DNA of 64,000 nt from Elsinoe ampelina (Eukaryota): positions 171,917-235,916 of the forward strand of contig ML992511.1 in assembly GCA_010093995.1 (NCBI GenBank), given 5' to 3'. The translations under genes and the position numbers were made by a program. The notes below the pieces were generated by a model. The model was not told the DNA's origin, searched no databases, and saw nothing but the letters and a program-made list of their open reading frames with translations. Shown here in pieces: positions 61,863 to 64,000 of this stretch. Each line of letters starts with the position of its first letter. The stretch's first letter is position 1.

Positions 61863-62826
61863 ATGCCTGGCCGTCAAGGATCCGACGCCGACTATGGCTG
61901 TGGTTTCTCTTGCGGAATGTCATTTGGCAAAAAGAAGCAGCGGTCGAATGCTGTACAGGAGAAGGAGGAGCCAGAAGATAATTGGGACGATGACAATCTC
62001 GATGACGATGATCCCCTGCGAGAGGATAGTAAAGTGGAGGAGGACGACGATTTCCAGCAGATGCCATCAGAATCTCTACTCAACGAGCTGTACAAAACAC
62101 AAGTCATGGACAAGACCAGGCGCAAAATACCTTTCAAGGATTTGATTAGGAGCAAGGAAAATCGACGACATATTGTGGTGTTTACGAGACATCTGTTCTG
62201 CCCTGTATGTGTCATCCCAGGCTGCTCCCCTGAATTCCTGCTAACACCCCCAGATGTGCTACGCCTACGTGAAAGCGCTTTCTCACCAACTACCACCAGA
62301 GCGACTCGCCAAACTCAACCCACCCACCAAACTAGTCGTAATCGGCTGCGGCGACCCCGTCCTCATCCCCAAATGGACCGAGCAAACCGAATGCCCCTAC
62401 GAAGTCTACGCCGACCCCTCACGACAACTCTACCTCAAACTCGGCTTCGCCATCAACACCGAAGCCAACGCCGTGGTCCCACAATACGTACAAAAGCACG
62501 CCCAGACGCCATTCCAAAACATCCTCCGCTGCTTCGGTCTGGTGGCGGCGACAGCCAAAGTCAACGCCGGCGTCGTCTCCCAAAACGGAGGCGAGATGAT
62601 CTGGATCGATGGCCAACTGCGCTTCATCCACCGCATGAAGAACAGCACGGATCACACCGAGACGTTCGAGTTGCTGCGGCTGCTGAAGCGGCAGGGGCAA
62701 GAGATGGGTAGGCGGACGCCGAGTATCAGGTCGACGGCGAATGACGAGGGGACGTCGTCGAAGAGGAGTTCGTGGGCGAGGTACATTGGCAAGCGGCTGT
62801 CGTTGATTTCGGACAAGGGGGATTAA
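61863..62826 (+). CDS. AhpC/TSA-2 (peroxiredoxin-like 2) thioredoxin-fold protein
   Basis: Intron 62205-62253 joins IVVFTRHLFCP|MCYAYV (CxxC). Also LVVIGCGDP, YEVYADPSRQLYLKLG, QNGGEMIW and HRMKNSTDHTE. Confidence 0.88.
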
Positions 62827-64000
62827 GGGGTGGGCATGTTGAGGAAGGGATAGGGTGGTGTAAGATAGGTGGATGGGATTTGTACTATAATCATACCCGA
62901 TGACATGAATTGCTTACTCTGTTTCTTCACGTACCTACCATGCGCATCTCAACCATGGATTCTTTCATCTCGTGGCTGAATAGCCCAGTCCAGCACCTCG
63001 TGGTCGATATCCTTATCCCACGCCAAACGTGACATGGGCGGCGGAAAGGCATCTCGACCTCCTGGCCGTTGCAGTGCCGTTGGGCTAATCTTGGGCTGCA
63101 GGTGCGTGTGCGGCGGTCGACGGGCGTGCGAATCATGGAAAGAGTCCACACATCACGTTGAGGGGCCTCTCTTTGCGACAGTCAAATGGCAGGTACGGTA
63201 TATCTGTCAAAGTCAAGTGGTCATGGTATTCTCTTTTCTTGGCCGAGTGCCAAGGCTGGAACAAAGGATCTGAGGTAAGATGCCGGCGGGAGGATGCCAA
63301 AAATACGTGTCGACAGAGGTCATGACGGCAACGATTTCTGGTAGTTCATGCATGCCCTCGCGCGCGGAAGATTTCGAGATGTATGGAAGCGTGTCAGGGC
63401 ATGATCGAAGCGTGTTCATAAGGGCTCTTTATTGCTGGAGCCGTGCAATTTGGAGGCGTGGCGGGGTCGCGTTGTGATTGGTGGCGGGTCGGGAAATAGG
63501 CGCCGCGAGAGGGAGAAGAAGAAGAAGACGGGAAGGGCGCTTTGACAGTGGAGCCCCCAATTGGATCTAATTTCGAGTCTTTGCGCATTCGTGCAGCGCG
63601 GAGAAGACACGCGAGATTGTCAAAGGACGGGGAGAAAAACCTTGTGCCATCAAAGGCCGTTCTAGCTCAGCGGGTTTTTGAAGCAGCGTGTTTTACAGAC
63701 ACACCGGCGAGTGGCTTGTGAGGACGAGATGGTCATGTCCTGGTAGGATGGAGTAGCAGGAGTCAATAGGGCAATGCCATCGTGGTTGTTCTCAAAATGG
63801 CCGCGAGCCGTGTGAAGAAAGGAGCTATTGAGGGCCTTTGATAGGGCGGACAGGCGTGGACTCGTGCATTAGCGACAAAGCCTGAGACCCCTGCAGCGAA
63901 CGAGAACGAACAGAGGCGATCCCCACTTTGCAGGTGAGAGAGAAGAGCGAAGCCTGTCTCTCCCTCTCACACGCAAACTGTTCCCGAAGCCTAACCGCCT

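Noticed and set aside
63655..63730. tRNA-like start GGCCGTTCTAGCTCAGCGG (A-box-like)
   Set aside because: No GTTCRA B-box, T-arm or complementary acceptor stem follows.

Overview
Gene-dense eukaryotic DNA from a filamentous ascomycete (Pezizomycotina). The short GT-AG introns have CTRAC/CTAAC branch sites; a Dothideomycete is plausible but cannot be proven from this window. About 22 protein-coding genes can be reconstructed by splicing: a partial MBOAT-type acyltransferase, a class I heme peroxidase with PTS1, a LIM/paxillin-like protein, INO1, class I G-alpha, a Pyp1-like HAD phosphatase, PSD2, Mis13/Dsn1, RRP46, SEC3, SRP40, a divergent 8-exon HOP1, CDC4, a secreted Pro/Gly-repeat protein, a DHA1 MFS transporter, MDP-1, an LRR protein, dynactin p27, a 2H phosphoesterase, an AhpC/TSA-like protein, a 970-aa conserved-looking unknown and two orphan ORFs. 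There are two gene relics (a P450 3' fragment and a Pro-rich/RD-repeat pseudogene). No rRNA, tRNA, CRISPR or intact transposon was recognised. The most notable signals are: (i) recurrent strand-symmetric C-rich to G-rich skew switches about every 6 kb, independent of gene orientation; (ii) loss of the conserved C-terminal Cys in G-alpha; (iii) UAS-INO-like motifs upstream of INO1 and the acyltransferase; (iv) a secreted polyproline plus GGX-repeat protein; and (v) an accessory patch at 10-14.5 kb. All calls come from reading the sequence by eye, without database searches.
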